Shown here one piece after another: positions 9,131 to 18,208 of a DNA stretch of 64,000 bases. The stretch spans positions 7,292 to 71,291 of the forward strand of contig CAKOQC010000006.1 of NCBI GenBank assembly GCA_934101175.1, given 5' to 3'. How positions within the stretch are numbered: the stretch's first letter is position 1; each line of letters begins with the position of its first letter. Under the pieces are notes generated by a model. It saw only the letters and a list, made by a program, of their open reading frames with translations. It made no database searches and was not told the DNA's origin. A program made the position numbers and the translations under genes. Source of the stretch: an uncultured Bacilli bacterium (GTDB lineage Bacteria > Bacillota_I > Bacilli_A > RF39 > UBA660).

Positions 9131-10624
9131 TTAATTATTTGGCAAATTATTTATTTGATTTGGATTATTTATTATTTGATTAGGAATGTTGTTAATCATT
9201 TGTTGTTGATTAGGAACACTCCCATATTGATAAGTATTTACTTGATTTGGGTTTACTACGTTATAATTTTGATTAACTTGATTAGTTGGGTTAATCGCTT
9301 GTGGATTTATACTCTTTGGTGCTATATTTTGTGGTTGATTATTCATTATTGGTGTTTGATTATTTTGATTAGGTACTGATACTTGTACTTGCGATTGTGG
9401 TTTTGGCGTAGCAACATTTGGAGTTTTGGTAGATACTACAGTTTGATTAGTAGTGACACCATTAGTTGGTGCTGATGATGGAATGGTTTCTTTAGCAGCA
9501 TCAATATTAGTAGGATCTACTTTATACTCATTAGTAGCTTGATCAATATTTTCATCAGCTGATTTGAACTCCTCTTTTACTAAGATATCTGGTTGCATGA
9601 TTAAGCCTTGGCTTTCTAGGTATCCTAAGAGATATTTTGTAGGGTTATGTAAAGTAAATTTACCATCAGGTGTTTTCTTATAAAGAATATTAGTTTTAGG
9701 TTCATTGTCTTCAGTAACATAGAACTCTACTACTTCAGCAATTTCACGATGAAATCTTTGTCTTTCTTTACTATAATATCCTTTAACGTGAACTCCTAAT
9801 TGAACATATCTATGAATACTTCTTAGAAATTGTTCTAGGTCAATATTACTTTCTAGCAAACTATATAATCTACTAGGAATAGATGCAGCTTTATCAGCAT
9901 GAATTGTTGATAAGATGTTGTGTCCTGATGATATAGAGTTACGTACGGCCATTACGGCTTCGGCACTTCTTACTTCGGATAGTAATATCCATCTTGGATT
10001 CTGTCTCATACAGGTAACAAGTACATCTGAATAACTAGCTATATTATTAGTTTTCATAGCTACGATATCTCTTGTTGGAAATATTTTATCAAGGTGAAGC
10101 TCAAGAGTATCTTCAATAGTAATTATTTTTTCATTTTCTTTAGTGTGAGCTGCTAAGTATTTGATAAACTCTGTTTTACCACTACCAGTTTCACCACTTA
10201 CTAAGATGTTACAGTGTCCTTCAACGCATTTCATTAAGAAATCGTGAATATCTAATCTGATATAATCATCTTCAATAATTTTTTCTTTTACTAATCTTAT
10301 TTTAGCTGGTGTTTTACGTACTAACAAGGCAATGCCATTTCTAGCTATGGAATCATGAACGAAGTTAAGACGTAATTCAGCACTTTCGGCATCAAGAAAG
10401 GGATTGGCCATATTGAAGGACTTACCCATCGTGTTAGCACACTGAAAGGCTATTTTTTCTATTAAGGTATTATCGATTCCTGTATTCTCTACTCGATATA
10501 CTCCTTTTGACAAGGTCTTTATCCATACCTGCCCACCATTACTATAGGATATATCGGTAACATCATCATTATCCAAAAATTGTTTTAATGGTCCAAAATC
10601 GACTTGTTGAAATTGTGCATCCAT
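9131..10624 (-). CDS. cpaF: CpaF/TadA secretion ATPase (VirB11/GspE superfamily) with an N/Q/P-rich C-terminal extension
   Basis: Walker A is 'ILVSGETGSGKTEFIKYL'. 'LSEVRSAEA' and 'STIHA' match the CpaF His/Asp boxes. The last ~110 aa are low-complexity ('NQNNQTPIMNNQPQNIAPKSINPQAINPTNQVNQNYNVVNPNQ...'). Confidence 0.85.
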   Translation of the reverse strand: MDAQFQQVDFGPLKQFLDNDDVTDISYSNGGQVWIKTLSKGVYRVENTGIDNTLIEKIAFQCANTMGKSFNMANPFLDAESAELRLNFVHDSIARNGIALLVRKTPAKIRLVKEKIIEDDYIRLDIHDFLMKCVEGHCNILVSGETGSGKTEFIKYLAAHTKENEKIITIEDTLELHLDKIFPTRDIVAMKTNNIASYSDVLVTCMRQNPRWILLSEVRSAEAVMAVRNSISSGHNILSTIHADKAASIPSRLYSLLESNIDLEQFLRSIHRYVQLGVHVKGYYSKERQRFHREIAEVVEFYVTEDNEPKTNILYKKTPDGKFTLHNPTKYLLGYLESQGLIMQPDILVKEEFKSADENIDQATNEYKVDPTNIDAAKETIPSSAPTNGVTTNQTVVSTKTPNVATPKPQSQVQVSVPNQNNQTPIMNNQPQNIAPKSINPQAINPTNQVNQNYNVVNPNQVNTYQYGSVPNQQQMINNIPNQIINNPNQINNLPNN

Positions 10625-10659
10625 AATATTTCCTCCCTATTCTTTTTTGCCACTAATAA

Positions 10660-11526
10660 TTATTCATTGGTATTAGTGTTTGTGTTATTTTCTTTTTTTT
10701 GTGAATCTTCAAGAGCTTTTTGCTCCATTTCATTTAACAATTCATTATATAATTCTTCTTGTCCATCAATCTTTTGAATTTTATCAAGAACGAAATCATA
10801 TAAGTAATCACTAGTTACTTCTACTGCTGCAGGATTTTTAGCATCGAATTTAACAGTATTTGGTACTAATACTACTTCTATATCATTAGTTAAGATATAA
10901 TTTAATGATGAGAATAATAAGTATTTAGCTTCTGGTAATGAGAAGTATACATATGCTGGTACTCTTGCTTCTTCAGTATTTTCAAATACGTTTTTACCTG
11001 AAGCATCTTTTACACCAAGTACTTCGATATTATCAAAGAATTCTCCATATACTAATTTACCACTATTGTCATATAATTTTACATATACGTCTACAATATT
11101 TCCAGGCATAATTGAATTTCCATATGTAGTAACTGTGTCTACTGGGAAACTAACAACTCTTTCACCTTCGTTAGTGTTGTATAATACAGCATCTGGTAAA
11201 TTTCCTTCAGATACTAATAAATCTGAATAGAAGATACTACCAGCGGCAATCATTGTATTGTAGTTACTATATTTTCCTACAATGTCATTATAATTTTTAT
11301 AATATGTTCCTTTAATGAATGCTCCTGGTACTCTTGTTTTAGATACCATATCTTCAGTAATTAAAGTCTTAGGTTGTATTGTTTGGTTTGCATAGTATAC
11401 ATCTACTAATGCAGTTTTTTTGTTGATACTAGTTGTATAACCAACATAAAGAATAATTAAACATAGCAATATTCCTAAGATGGTTACAGTATTTTTGTTT
11501 TTTAAGAACTTGTTAAAATTTTTCAT
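10660..11526 (-). CDS. cpaB: CpaB/RcpC-like Flp pilus assembly protein (SAF domain)
   Basis: An N-terminal TM anchor is followed by a SAF-like segment 'ALVDVYYANQTIQPKTLITEDMVSKTRVPG'. It lies upstream of cpaF. Confidence 0.55.
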   Translation of the reverse strand: MKNFNKFLKNKNTVTILGILLCLIILYVGYTTSINKKTALVDVYYANQTIQPKTLITEDMVSKTRVPGAFIKGTYYKNYNDIVGKYSNYNTMIAAGSIFYSDLLVSEGNLPDAVLYNTNEGERVVSFPVDTVTTYGNSIMPGNIVDVYVKLYDNSGKLVYGEFFDNIEVLGVKDASGKNVFENTEEARVPAYVYFSLPEAKYLLFSSLNYILTNDIEVVLVPNTVKFDAKNPAAVEVTSDYLYDFVLDKIQKIDGQEELYNELLNEMEQKALEDSQKKENNTNTNTNE

Positions 11527-11546
11527 TTCTTTTTCCTTCCTCTCTT

Positions 11547-12005
11547 TTATTTATTATCCTTTTTTACTTTATCACACTTGTAGCAATCTAAGATTGCGGA
11601 TAATTCATTTATAACATTTGTTTGAGTAGCATCTATGTCTACACTAAAAGTGTTATATATATTATAAGAATTTGTGGCGTCCACGATGCGAATACTAACT
11701 TTAGCAGGATATTCACTTATTTGATAGTAGTAAATATCATAGTTTCCTTGACCGAATGTTGATGTTTCTGTAAATCTTCTTGTAAAGTTTTCGACAAATT
11801 TTTCTTGGCTTATTTTTATTTGTCCACTTAGTCTATAGTAAGCAACATCTACAGATTCAATCATTGCAGCTTCGGTAGCTTCTTTTAAAGTGTAGTAATC
11901 TTGCTCATTACTTACGGTTATTTCGCTAAATAAGAGTATGATTACAATTCCAAATATTCCCATGACAATGACGCCAACTGATGCAAAGGACCATTTCATG
12001 GGCAA
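11547..12005 (-). CDS. Small membrane-anchored protein (TadE/pseudopilin-like candidate)
   Basis: It has an N-terminal hydrophobic helix 'FASVGVIVMGIFGIVIILLF'. Its start overlaps the end of the upstream Cys-rich gene. Confidence 0.3.
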   Translation of the reverse strand: MPMKWSFASVGVIVMGIFGIVIILLFSEITVSNEQDYYTLKEATEAAMIESVDVAYYRLSGQIKISQEKFVENFTRRFTETSTFGQGNYDIYYYQISEYPAKVSIRIVDATNSYNIYNTFSVDIDATQTNVINELSAILDCYKCDKVKKDNK

Positions 12006-13831
12006 ATCTCTCCTTTTTTATTATTTTTACATCTTGGTTGGTATATTGGATTTTTGATGGTATGTTTACTATCTAGATATTCACATTGATTTTCTACTCC
12101 ACATCCTAGTGAATAGAATGAATCTTTAGTAATAGTACTATTTCTATTAATAATGTTTTGACTAGTTATAAACATACTACCTCCATTTATACTCATCTTG
12201 CTCCAATCTGTATATAAATTCTCTTTATTATAATTTCTAATAAAATCTAAATTAATATTAGTTGTGGCATAAGTAACAGTATTAAATGATTTATCTATTT
12301 CAGGATCTTCTTGATTAATCTTTTCATCTTCGCCCCATTTTTCCCAATCACTATATTTAGTTATTCCATTAGGAAAAGGATTAGTTATATCTATTGGACG
12401 ATAATAAAAGTTAAATCCAATAATTTCTGACTTTTTGCTGTTTTTATCATCTGATACCTCATTATAAAATCTTTGTTTTATCTTAATATCAATATTAGTG
12501 TTATAGTAACATCCGCCCGCTTTTTCTACTTTATTAATAGCGTCCTGAATACTTCCTTCAGGTAAGTTAGTATTAAAGCTTCCATTTCTTGATGGTGAGA
12601 TATACTTAGCATATTCATGATTTTTAGAATATTTCTTGATTAGTGCTGTACAAATACCTACTGATGTTTCTTTATTATTAGCTTTCATTATAAATTTATA
12701 ATTATCTGTTTCTTTGGTATTTAATGGTATGAATACGTGCCAATGTTTATTTTGTTCACTGTCTGTTTCATTTTTGACATAATACCACTCTTCTCCTTTA
12801 TCACGGCAAGGATTTTCATCATTTGCATTTACGGGTGAAGTTAAGTATTCAACTTTGCCACTTTTGGCATTAATACATGCTCCATATAATTCGTAGCAAT
12901 AATTTTTAATTACATTGTTTCCATTTTGTCTACTTTCATAATATGATGTTGGTTTTTCTCCAACGGCTACAGCTTGATATGTAGTACATACTTCATTATC
13001 ACCTGAACCATATTTATAGCCATCTTCTTTTCCAAAACATTTAGCTTCGTTTGGATCATAGATATCTACGGTATAACTTACTCCGCCGGTTACTGCTGCT
13101 ACTGCTGAATTATATCCTTGATGTAGTGCTGTATTGTTGCATCCTGCATGTTCTTGGGTTTTAGTTACGTGTTCTATTCTTTCACTTTGCCAGTCACGAC
13201 AAGATTTACCATCTTTGTCACATTCAAAGTGATATGTTTTTATGATTTTTTCGCAATCATAAACTCCTAGACCATGACCATAATAAGTAGCCTGTCTTTT
13301 TTCACAAAGATTAGCTCCCATATATGTTCCTGATAGTACACCAAATGAACTTTTTAATGGTTCATTAAACATATCGTATAAGTCCCAAGTAACAGTCATT
13401 TTTTGATTTGTTACGCCATATGTTATTGAACAGGCTTGAAATGTACACTTCATACTATCGATGAATTCATCATGTTCTTCATTACCATCGTCACCGTCAT
13501 CGTCACCACCAGGGGTATCATCATCGTCATCTTCTCCATCGCCACCGCCGTTAGAATTATTAGGGTCCGGATCAGGCTTTGGGTCTGGTTCTGGTTTTGG
13601 ACAAGGATTACAATCTTGATCTTCTCCAGGTTGTACTTCGTTGTTATCAGTATCTACAGTGAATCCACCATTTGTGTCTGCATCATCTGTTGTTGTTTCT
13701 TTTTGAGTTGTTTCTGTGCTATCACCTTCTGCTGGCTCATTAGCATATGTAATATTTATTCCTGTAAAATATAGAAAGGTAGCTATTGCCATTAGTATTA
13801 ATATGGTACTCTTTAAGGTCTTCTTTGTCAT
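11996..13831 (-). CDS. Large secreted acidic low-complexity plus cysteine-rich protein (paralogue 1 of 2), pilus-operon associated
   Basis: It has a signal peptide, then a D/E/G/P-rich region ('CPKPEPDPKPDPDPNNSNGGGDGEDDDDDTPGGDDDGDDG'). A ~450-aa domain with ~20 Cys follows ('CTFQACSITYGVTNQ...DLYDMFNEPL...GANLCEKRQATYYG'). It is paralogous to 14613..16496. Confidence 0.5.
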   Translation of the reverse strand: MTKKTLKSTILILMAIATFLYFTGINITYANEPAEGDSTETTQKETTTDDADTNGGFTVDTDNNEVQPGEDQDCNPCPKPEPDPKPDPDPNNSNGGGDGEDDDDDTPGGDDDGDDGNEEHDEFIDSMKCTFQACSITYGVTNQKMTVTWDLYDMFNEPLKSSFGVLSGTYMGANLCEKRQATYYGHGLGVYDCEKIIKTYHFECDKDGKSCRDWQSERIEHVTKTQEHAGCNNTALHQGYNSAVAAVTGGVSYTVDIYDPNEAKCFGKEDGYKYGSGDNEVCTTYQAVAVGEKPTSYYESRQNGNNVIKNYCYELYGACINAKSGKVEYLTSPVNANDENPCRDKGEEWYYVKNETDSEQNKHWHVFIPLNTKETDNYKFIMKANNKETSVGICTALIKKYSKNHEYAKYISPSRNGSFNTNLPEGSIQDAINKVEKAGGCYYNTNIDIKIKQRFYNEVSDDKNSKKSEIIGFNFYYRPIDITNPFPNGITKYSDWEKWGEDEKINQEDPEIDKSFNTVTYATTNINLDFIRNYNKENLYTDWSKMSINGGSMFITSQNIINRNSTITKDSFYSLGCGVENQCEYLDSKHTIKNPIYQPRCKNNKKGEICP

Positions 13832-14508
13832 TCTAATCGCCTACTTTTCTTAAATGATTTGACTTTTAGAATGATAGTAACTGTAGCTAATATAGCAAAA
13901 ATACTTATAGCAATAATAATTACTAAGTGTGAATTAATATAATCAATTATTTTATCAATAAAACTTATACTATCTTCATTATTCTTAGAATTATTATCTT
14001 TATTTCCATTAGATGTATCTTTTGAATTATCATCTTTTGTTAAGCTCTTCTTATAAGTTTCAACTCTAGATTTAAATTCTTCTTCAGTTAATTCTTTTTC
14101 ATAGTCAGGTTGACATAAAGCAAATTCTTCAATACCATTACATAATTCACTTTCAGAAAACTTATTATATTTTTCAACTTCAGGTGCTTTCACAGTTTCT
14201 TTACAATTTTTTCCTATTACTATGACATCATAATTTATTTTGTCAGTGCCAACACATGTTATATTGTTTTCATCAATAACTTCACATTTAATTCTTGATG
14301 TTGAATATATATCATATTTAAACAATGTTGGAGCAGGATTGTATATTTTAAAAATGTATTGATTATTTTCTATATAGTAAGTCGCTTTAATTTTTGATTC
14401 TAAATCATTAAATTCTTTTAACTCTGATTCAGTACATGAGGCATACGCTTTACTACTAAAGAGAATAAATAACATTAATAAAAATACTAAATATTTTCTT
14501 TTTAACAT
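13828..14508 (-). CDS. Small secreted Cys-containing protein with C-terminal TM anchor (paralogue 1 of 2)
   Basis: The signal peptide ends in 'KAYA|SC'. A ~170-aa ectodomain has 6 Cys. The C-terminal anchor is 'LVIIIAISIFAILATVTIIL' followed by 'KVKSFKKSRRLE'. It overlaps the next gene by 4 nt. It is paralogous to 16493..17179. Confidence 0.5.
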   Translation of the reverse strand: MLKRKYLVFLLMLFILFSSKAYASCTESELKEFNDLESKIKATYYIENNQYIFKIYNPAPTLFKYDIYSTSRIKCEVIDENNITCVGTDKINYDVIVIGKNCKETVKAPEVEKYNKFSESELCNGIEEFALCQPDYEKELTEEEFKSRVETYKKSLTKDDNSKDTSNGNKDNNSKNNEDSISFIDKIIDYINSHLVIIIAISIFAILATVTIILKVKSFKKSRRLE

Positions 14509-14565
14509 AATACCTCCTTTGCTTACTCTCCTACTATTAAAAGTATAGCATAATTGTTTACAAAA

Positions 14566-14596
14566 AAAAAGACTTTTTTAGTCTTTTTTAGATAAA
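14566..14596. terminator. Bidirectional rho-independent terminator between the two duplicated gene pairs
   Basis: The sequence is 'aaaaaaaaagacttttttagtctttttta'. A perfect hairpin aaaagact/agtctttt is flanked by A- and T-runs. Confidence 0.6.
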
Positions 14597-14612
14597 TTAG
14601 TGGCTGTTTATT

Positions 14613-16496
14613 TCATTTATAACTACTTGTAGGACATATATCATTCTTTTTATTATTCTTACATCTTGGTTGATATATTGGATTTTTAATTTTTTGTTCT
14701 TTATCTAGATATTCGCATTGATTTTCAATACCGCATCCTAGGGAATAAAATGTTTTATTGGTAATTAAACCATTTCTATCTATAATATTATCTTTTTGAA
14801 TAAAGATACTACTACCATCTATATTCATTTTACTCCAATCTGTATATAGGTTTTCTTTATTGTAATTTCTAATATAACTTAAGTTAATATTGGCAGCTGC
14901 ATAAGTAACGGTATTAAATGATTTGTCTAATTCTGGATTTTCTTTTCCTTGTTTTTTATTTTCATTCCATTTTTCCCAATCACTATATTTTGTTATACCA
15001 TTAGGGAAAGGGTTATCTAGACTTATTGGTCTATAATAGAAGTTAAATCCTATTAACTCTGAGGTATCTTTATTATTGCTAGCTACTTCGTTATAGAATC
15101 TTTGCCTTAAACTAACATTAATTGTTGATTTATAATAACAACCATTCTTAACTAAATTTATATCACTCTTATTTTTATTAAATGATCCTATAGCAGGAAC
15201 TATATATTTAGTATATTCGTAATTTTTAGAATATTTTTTAATAATAGCAGCACATAATTTACTAGATTTCTCTTTTGTCTTAGACTTCATTGAAAATTGA
15301 TAATCGTTCGTTTCTTTGGCGTTCAATGGTATAAAGATATGCCAATGACGATCACTTTCATCTTTATAGTCATTCTTGACATAGTACCATTCATCTCCTT
15401 TGTTACGGCAAGGGTTTTCATCTTCTTTACTTACTGGTTCTGTCAAATATTCGACCATACCTGTTTTAACATTAATACATGAGCCATATAATTCATAGCA
15501 ATAGTTTTTGATTACAGTATTACCTTTGTTTTTACTTTCTTTATAACTTGTTGCTGTTCCGCCAATAGCAACAGCATGATAAGTTTTACAAATTTGACTT
15601 TCTTCTTTACCATATTTATAGCCGTCAGGTTTATCATAACATTCTGCTTCATTAGGATCAGAAATGTCAACAGTATATAACTCTTCACCAGACAGAAGTG
15701 ATAATGCCGTTTGATATCCGCCTCGTAATGCTGCTTCAGTACAGCCAGAATCTGGATATGATGCTGTACGTGTTTCTATTCTTGTTTCATAGTGACACAC
15801 ATATTCATAACGTATCCCATATTTATCAATTGAAACTGTAATGTCACATACCTGATATTTTACATTTCTTTTACATGAATAATTCATACTTCCAGAACCA
15901 TAATACACTGCTTTTCGCATTTCACATAAATTGGCACCGATATGAGTACCCGCTAAAACTCCAAATTTTGATGTCAATGGTTCATTAAACATATCATACA
16001 ATTGACCTTTTACTTCTACTGAATGTTGTGATACTCCGTAATCTAGACTACAAGATGTAGCAGTACATTCCCATTCACCTTCTTGTTTCTTAGTTTCATG
16101 TATCAATTCTTCTTCAAGCTTGTCTATATCTACTTTATCATTGTGACTATAGTTATTATCTTTTTCTTCTCCTTCGCCACTACCACCTCCTCCTGTATTG
16201 GTGTTGTTATTATCCTGAGGCTCATTACCACAAGTAGTACATTTACCATCATCGCCATTTTCATCATTTCCACCATCATCGCTACTATCAGTATTATCAT
16301 TAATATAATCCCCACTAAAATGTATGCCGCCATCACCGCCGCCTTCACCGCCACCATCACCGCCACCATCACCGCCACCACCACTTTCGGCTTGCTCTCC
16401 TTCTTCAACAGCATATACAAGACTTTGAATTGTAAACGAAAGAAATGTTGAAATAGCTAACAGTAACAAAAAAAGCACTTTAATCTTTCTTTTCAT
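14613..16496 (-). CDS. Large secreted acidic low-complexity plus cysteine-rich protein (paralogue 2 of 2)
   Basis: It has a signal peptide, then 'GGGGDGGGDGGGEGGGDGG' repeats. A Cys-rich domain follows ('CTATSCSLDYGVSQH...QLYDMFNEPL...GANLCEMRKAVYYG'). The C-terminus '...YSLGCGIENQCEYLD...NPIYQPRCKNNKK' is conserved with paralogue 1. Confidence 0.5.
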   Translation of the reverse strand: MKRKIKVLFLLLLAISTFLSFTIQSLVYAVEEGEQAESGGGGDGGGDGGGEGGGDGGIHFSGDYINDNTDSSDDGGNDENGDDGKCTTCGNEPQDNNNTNTGGGGSGEGEEKDNNYSHNDKVDIDKLEEELIHETKKQEGEWECTATSCSLDYGVSQHSVEVKGQLYDMFNEPLTSKFGVLAGTHIGANLCEMRKAVYYGSGSMNYSCKRNVKYQVCDITVSIDKYGIRYEYVCHYETRIETRTASYPDSGCTEAALRGGYQTALSLLSGEELYTVDISDPNEAECYDKPDGYKYGKEESQICKTYHAVAIGGTATSYKESKNKGNTVIKNYCYELYGSCINVKTGMVEYLTEPVSKEDENPCRNKGDEWYYVKNDYKDESDRHWHIFIPLNAKETNDYQFSMKSKTKEKSSKLCAAIIKKYSKNYEYTKYIVPAIGSFNKNKSDINLVKNGCYYKSTINVSLRQRFYNEVASNNKDTSELIGFNFYYRPISLDNPFPNGITKYSDWEKWNENKKQGKENPELDKSFNTVTYAAANINLSYIRNYNKENLYTDWSKMNIDGSSIFIQKDNIIDRNGLITNKTFYSLGCGIENQCEYLDKEQKIKNPIYQPRCKNNKKNDICPTSSYK

Positions 16497-17179
16497 TCTA
16501 AATACCTACTCTTTCTTATAGCTTTAATCTTTAGAACAATTGTGATTATTAATAATATAGCAAAGATGGAAATTACTATAATAGTTGTTAAATGATCTTG
16601 AATATATTTAATAATATTATTTATTAAAGTTATCTTTGTTTTATTTGTATTGTTATTATTGTCGCTTGAATTATCATCTTTAGTTTCATTTTTTTTGTTC
16701 AACCCTTTTTTATATGTTTTTACTCTTGATATAAATTCTTCTTCTGTTAATTCTTTATCATAATCTGGATTACACAAAGTAAAATTCTCTATACCATCAC
16801 ATAATTCGCTTTCGGAAAAATTGTTGTATTTTGTGATAATTATAGGCTCTTGATTAAATGCTGTAGTACAATTACTATCATAACTTTTGACTGACACATT
16901 ATATTCACCATTTACTTCTCCGATGCATTTACTATTATTTATATCTATAATTTCACAGTTCAATTTGTTTGTTGTTTTAATTTCATATTTAAATACGTCT
17001 GGATCCGGATTGTATATTTTTAAAACATATTTGTTATTTTCAATATAATGAGTTACTTTAAACTGAGATTCTAGCTCTTTAAAACGATTTACTTCTTCTT
17101 CAGTACATGATGCATTTACTGTATTACTAAAGAGAATAAATAATGTTAATACAAATAATAAATATTTATTTTTATTCAT
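16493..17179 (-). CDS. Small secreted Cys-containing protein with C-terminal TM anchor (paralogue 2 of 2)
   Basis: The signal peptide ends in 'VNA|SC'. 'YIENNKYVLKIYNPDP' and 'FSESELCDGIENFTLCNPDYDKELTEEEF' are conserved with 13828..14508. The C-terminal anchor is followed by 'RKSRYLE'. Confidence 0.5.
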   Translation of the reverse strand: MNKNKYLLFVLTLFILFSNTVNASCTEEEVNRFKELESQFKVTHYIENNKYVLKIYNPDPDVFKYEIKTTNKLNCEIIDINNSKCIGEVNGEYNVSVKSYDSNCTTAFNQEPIIITKYNNFSESELCDGIENFTLCNPDYDKELTEEEFISRVKTYKKGLNKKNETKDDNSSDNNNNTNKTKITLINNIIKYIQDHLTTIIVISIFAILLIITIVLKIKAIRKSRYLE

Positions 17180-17424
17180 AAAATCACTCCCAAAAAAATC
17201 TTCAAATATTCTACTTTACAGTTCTTTGTTATAGCTAAATTATACTATAAACAAAGAGATTGTGCAATAATAATTAAAATTTTTTTGACAAGAAATCAAG
17301 ATTATTTTTTTCTGTAAATGATGATATAAATTCAATGTTTTCAAGGGTTATCAAATATTTATAGCGTTACTTTTCTTTCTTATAAAAATTATTATAAATA
17401 AGAAAATATTACATATACTTTAGT

Positions 17425-18090
17425 ATGAAAAAAGAAAAGATAATAATTATATTATATTTATTTATAACTATACTATCTATATCAAATGTTTATGCTGATA
17501 TTAATAATTATGATTTATTAGGGAAAGTAATTTATCTAGATCCTGGACATGGTGGTATTGATAGTGGAACTACTTATAAGAATATTTATGAAAAAGATAT
17601 TAACTTAGTACTATGCAAAAAACTATATCAAGAGTTAACTAATAGAGGTGCTAAGGTATACTTAACTAGAGAAACAGATAAAGATTTATCAGTATCTAAG
17701 AAACATCGTAAACGTAGTGATTTAATTAGTAGAGCATATTTAATTAATAAGACTAAGCCTGATATGTATATATCTATTCATTTAAATTATATATCTAATA
17801 CTAAGTGGAAAGGATTACAAGTATTTTATACTAATAAGAATAAAGAAAATAAAGAAATAGCTAATAAGATTACTAGTTATATGAAAGAAAAGACTTCTAA
17901 TGTTAAAGATCCTAAAGAGAATAATACTTATTATATGTATAAGAATATTACTACTCCGGGAGTATTAATAGAAGTAGGATTTTTATCAAACCCTGATGAT
18001 AGATATAGATTAACTCATGAAGAATATCAGGATAAATTAATTTCTAATCTAACTTATAGTATTGTTAAATATTTTAAAGAAAAAGACTAA
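17425..18090 (+). CDS. cwlD: N-acetylmuramoyl-L-alanine amidase (Amidase_3), germination-specific CwlD-like
   Basis: It has an N-terminal signal anchor and 'VIYLDPGHGGIDSG', the Amidase_3 zinc-binding motif. Length is ~220 aa, as for CwlD. The genome is that of a spore-former (spoIIR nearby). Confidence 0.65.
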   Translation: MKKEKIIIILYLFITILSISNVYADINNYDLLGKVIYLDPGHGGIDSGTTYKNIYEKDINLVLCKKLYQELTNRGAKVYLTRETDKDLSVSKKHRKRSDLISRAYLINKTKPDMYISIHLNYISNTKWKGLQVFYTNKNKENKEIANKITSYMKEKTSNVKDPKENNTYYMYKNITTPGVLIEVGFLSNPDDRYRLTHEEYQDKLISNLTYSIVKYFKEKD

Positions 18091-18208
18091 AATAAATAAA
18101 CTTAACTTCAAAAGTAGACAGTTTATAAATAGTCTTTTTTATTTATCAACATAATTGTTGATAGAGTGATATTTTTATGATAAAATTTAGATGTTTGGAA
18201 GTGATATT

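Noticed and set aside
16083-16451. ORFs 16083..16451 (+) and 16130..16420 (-) with repetitive 'TATITAT' and 'VAVMVAVMVAV' products
   Set aside because: These are alternative-frame readings of the ggc/gat repeat DNA that encodes the GGGDGGG spacer of the 627-aa secreted protein. They are not independent genes.
17280-17330. TTGACA hexamer in the cwlD / Cys-rich-operon divergent region as a sigma-A promoter
   Set aside because: There is no acceptable -10 at 16-18 nt spacing. cwlD-type genes are usually sigma-E/G dependent, so no call is made.
18092-18140. Possible terminator after cwlD ('aaagtagacagtttataaatagtctttttt')
   Set aside because: The stem complementarity is poor (3-4 bp). A T-run is present, but the hairpin is not convincing.
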